A DNA stretch of 64,000 nucleotides, taken from Balamuthia mandrillaris (lineage: Eukaryota). The notes under the pieces were generated by a model. It did not search any database. It was given only the letters and a program-made list of their open reading frames with translations, and was not told where the DNA came from. The number at the start of each line of letters is the position of its first letter. Within the stretch, counting starts at the first letter, position 1. The stretch lies in NCBI GenBank assembly GCA_031835245.2, contig JAVKOQ020000038.1, positions 62,001 to 126,000 of the forward strand. Reading direction: 5' to 3'. This document shows positions 62,161-64,000 of this stretch, piece by piece. Both the position numbers and the translations under genes were made by a program.

Positions 62161-62944
62161 TTAGACAGGGTTGGTCAGCAAAGAAGCAGTTTCATCCTTG
62201 TTCATCTCGAGGGCCTCCTTCGTGTCCTCTTTCTTTTTTGAGGTCTTGCAGCACGGCGATGCGGAGATCAGGATGCCCACCAACGCCAAGAAGCCGATGG
62301 TCAATGGCAGCAAGGCCACAATGGCTTGGAAGATCATCTGCCCGTAGAGGCGCCCCAACCGCTCCACAAACATCACGCAAAAGCTCGTGGCCACGCCACC
62401 CGGCCGCGAGTCGCACGCCCCCTCCGCGTCCTGGTAAAAGGCCTTGCAGTCCTCTCCGCTGAGCTGAGCCAACACGGCAATTCCCCAAAAGGCCAAGGCG
62501 GGCATCAGCACAAAGTACAGAAAGTTGCAGAGCAGGAAGGCCCAGTTAAGCAGAGAGGCAAGCAAAGGGTTGGTCGGGAAAAGAGAAGAGGAGGATGGAG
62601 AAGAACAGGGAAGCAGGTTTTGGAGAAAGGCTTTGGGCGTGGTGTTGGAGGGGAAGGAGACGACGAAGAGGGGAATGAAGAACATGGCAAGGATGTTGGC
62701 GATGAAGGTGGAGGCCACCACGGCGTAGAGGTGGTACTCCGACTCGCATTCCGAGTGGGCCTTGTCCCGTTGTCGAATGATGACAACCAGAGAGTACACC
62801 ATCACTTCAAAAAGAAAAATACACAGAGAGAAGGTTAGTTCTTTCAACCAACACGACTGCTTGTGCGGGTGTCGTACGTGCAATCGTGACGATGAGCTGA
62901 CCAAGCGCTTTCAGCAAACCAGCCCCGCTATTGCTATTACTCAT
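62161..62944 (-). CDS. Unknown multi-pass membrane protein, tandem family copy C (2 exons)
   Basis: Exon 1 MSNSNSGAGLLKALGQLIVTIA, the same phase-1 intron, then MVYSLVVIIRQRDKAHSECESEYHLY...LGRLYGQMIFQA...DETASLL. Confidence 0.75.
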
Positions 62945-63297
62945 TGCGTGCTTGTTTTGTTCGTTTGTTTGTTTGGCTTGTTGCTTTCAAGAAAAAAACT
63001 TGGTCTTTGTTGGTCAGGTATCCTGTTCTTATGAGCAGCGTTCCTCCTTCCTGGCCTCCTTCGGAGTTCTCCCAACGAACATTCTTGTTTTTTTTTTTTA
63101 ATTGCATTTCATCATGGGCAGCATTACAGCTCCTGATTTCCTAGTGGGCCGGAGGAATCCTTTTTGTCGACCCATATTCCTCGCGAACGAAGCAAACCAT
63201 GGTATGCCTTTTTTTTTTCCCCTCAAAAAAAAAGCTGTTTTTTGCTTTTTGCTGTGTCTGCACTTTCTTTCACAGACATGATGGCACGGAGGGGAGC

Positions 63298-63341
63298 GGC
63301 CATACCACCCCAGCCATGATGCCGGCTGGGGTGGTATGGCC
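63298..63341. repeat. Perfect 18-bp inverted repeat with an 8-nt loop
   Basis: GGCCATACCACCCCAGCC-ATGATGCC-GGCTGGGGTGGTATGGCC. Confidence 0.9.
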
Positions 63342-63506
63342 AACGGCAACAAAGCCAGTGCATCCATCTGAATGCCCAGGTGCCATTGGATGTTGTTTAT
63401 CAGCAAAGAACCTATCCTATTCGATGCCGGTGCTGTGGTATATGTAGGCAGAGAGGAAGGCTCGCTGCTTCGCCTCAGCCCATTGTATCGTGTGGATGCG
63501 GGCTGC

Positions 63507-63815
63507 TCATGGCTTCAGAGAATTCACAAGTTCTAAAGAGAGCACAACTTGCGAGCATGAACACGTAGGAGCGAAGGGTTGAGCGTAGCGCTTCCAACGA
63601 GTGACGTCCAACTCATCGTCAGTTACTTTAGCGTAAACTTCTCGCACAACTTGGCGTCCCCAAACCTCGGCCCGAAAGGCCTGCTTCGCCAATTCTCGCC
63701 CGTGATAAGGGTCGTTGGCCTTGTTCCGGGCTTCAGCCAGCTCTTTTGCCAGCTGTGAAGCTATTTGCTGAGCCTCGGCTACAGCGTATGCCTTTTTGCT
63801 CAGCTTCGAAACCCC
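63507..63815 (-). CDS. Possible exon of a gene extending beyond the window (unknown product)
   Basis: Open, protein-like helical frame VSKLSKKAYAVAEAQQIASQLAKELAEARNKANDPYHGRELAKQAFRAEVWGRQVVREVYAKV. No family recognised. Confidence 0.3.
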   Translation of the reverse strand, partial: GVSKLSKKAYAVAEAQQIASQLAKELAEARNKANDPYHGRELAKQAFRAEVWGRQVVREVYAKVTDDELDVTRWKRYAQPFAPTCSCSQVVLSLELVNSLKP

Positions 63816-64000
63816 TCAGCACTTTGCATTAAAACAGACAAGGATGGAGTGGGTGCTCGTTCTAGCACTTGTGCTTTGTGGCCGCCGGTTGGTGAGGGCA
63901 TGCCTGCGTCGTCATTGGGCTTGGGCATTTTTCTTCATTCCAACGGTGCACGCGCCCATTCCCATACATTTTGCTCAGATTTCCTCGAAAAAATATCACA

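Noticed and set aside
63297..63310. CGGCCATACCACCC resembles the 5' end of 5S rRNA
   Set aside because: The similarity stops after 14 nt, there are no internal A/C boxes or 3' stem, and the segment is one arm of an inverted repeat.
1..64000. tRNA, rRNA, CRISPR arrays, transposase or reverse transcriptase genes
   Set aside because: None recognised by eye. The repeats present are simple microsatellites or gene duplications.

Overview
Gene-dense, intron-rich eukaryotic DNA. Standard code and GT-AG introns packed with (CT)n/(TTC)n microsatellites, together with Frizzled/Smoothened-like GPCRs, a hybrid histidine-kinase relic and a P3A H+-ATPase, suggest a free-living amoebozoan (inference only). 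I assembled about 22 loci by hand from the ORF track and splice signals: a DUF2267 protein, an ABCB half-transporter, a mitochondrial-carrier protein, a plasma-membrane H+-ATPase, a BAR-PH-RhoGEF-PH-RhoGAP-PH protein, a Rim4/Msa1-like triple-RRM protein, a secreted protein resembling the T6SS tube protein Hcp, WDR75/UTP17, eEF1B, an F-box/eEF1A-like fusion, an ePHD-SET protein in an AT-rich CpG-depleted island, a PCMT-cytochrome b5 fusion, three Frizzled/Smoothened-like copies (one a pseudogene), DCAF1/VprBP, two divergent actin-like genes, a pseudo-histidine-kinase/REC/REC/F-box-like gene, three tandem unknown membrane proteins and a possible partial gene at the right edge. The best candidates for new biology are the spliced, signal-peptide-bearing Hcp-like protein (22322-23339) and the F-box fused to a catalytically degenerate eEF1A next to eEF1B. 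All family assignments come from recognising motifs by eye, with no database search. Gene ends are best estimates and most internal exon boundaries are approximate.
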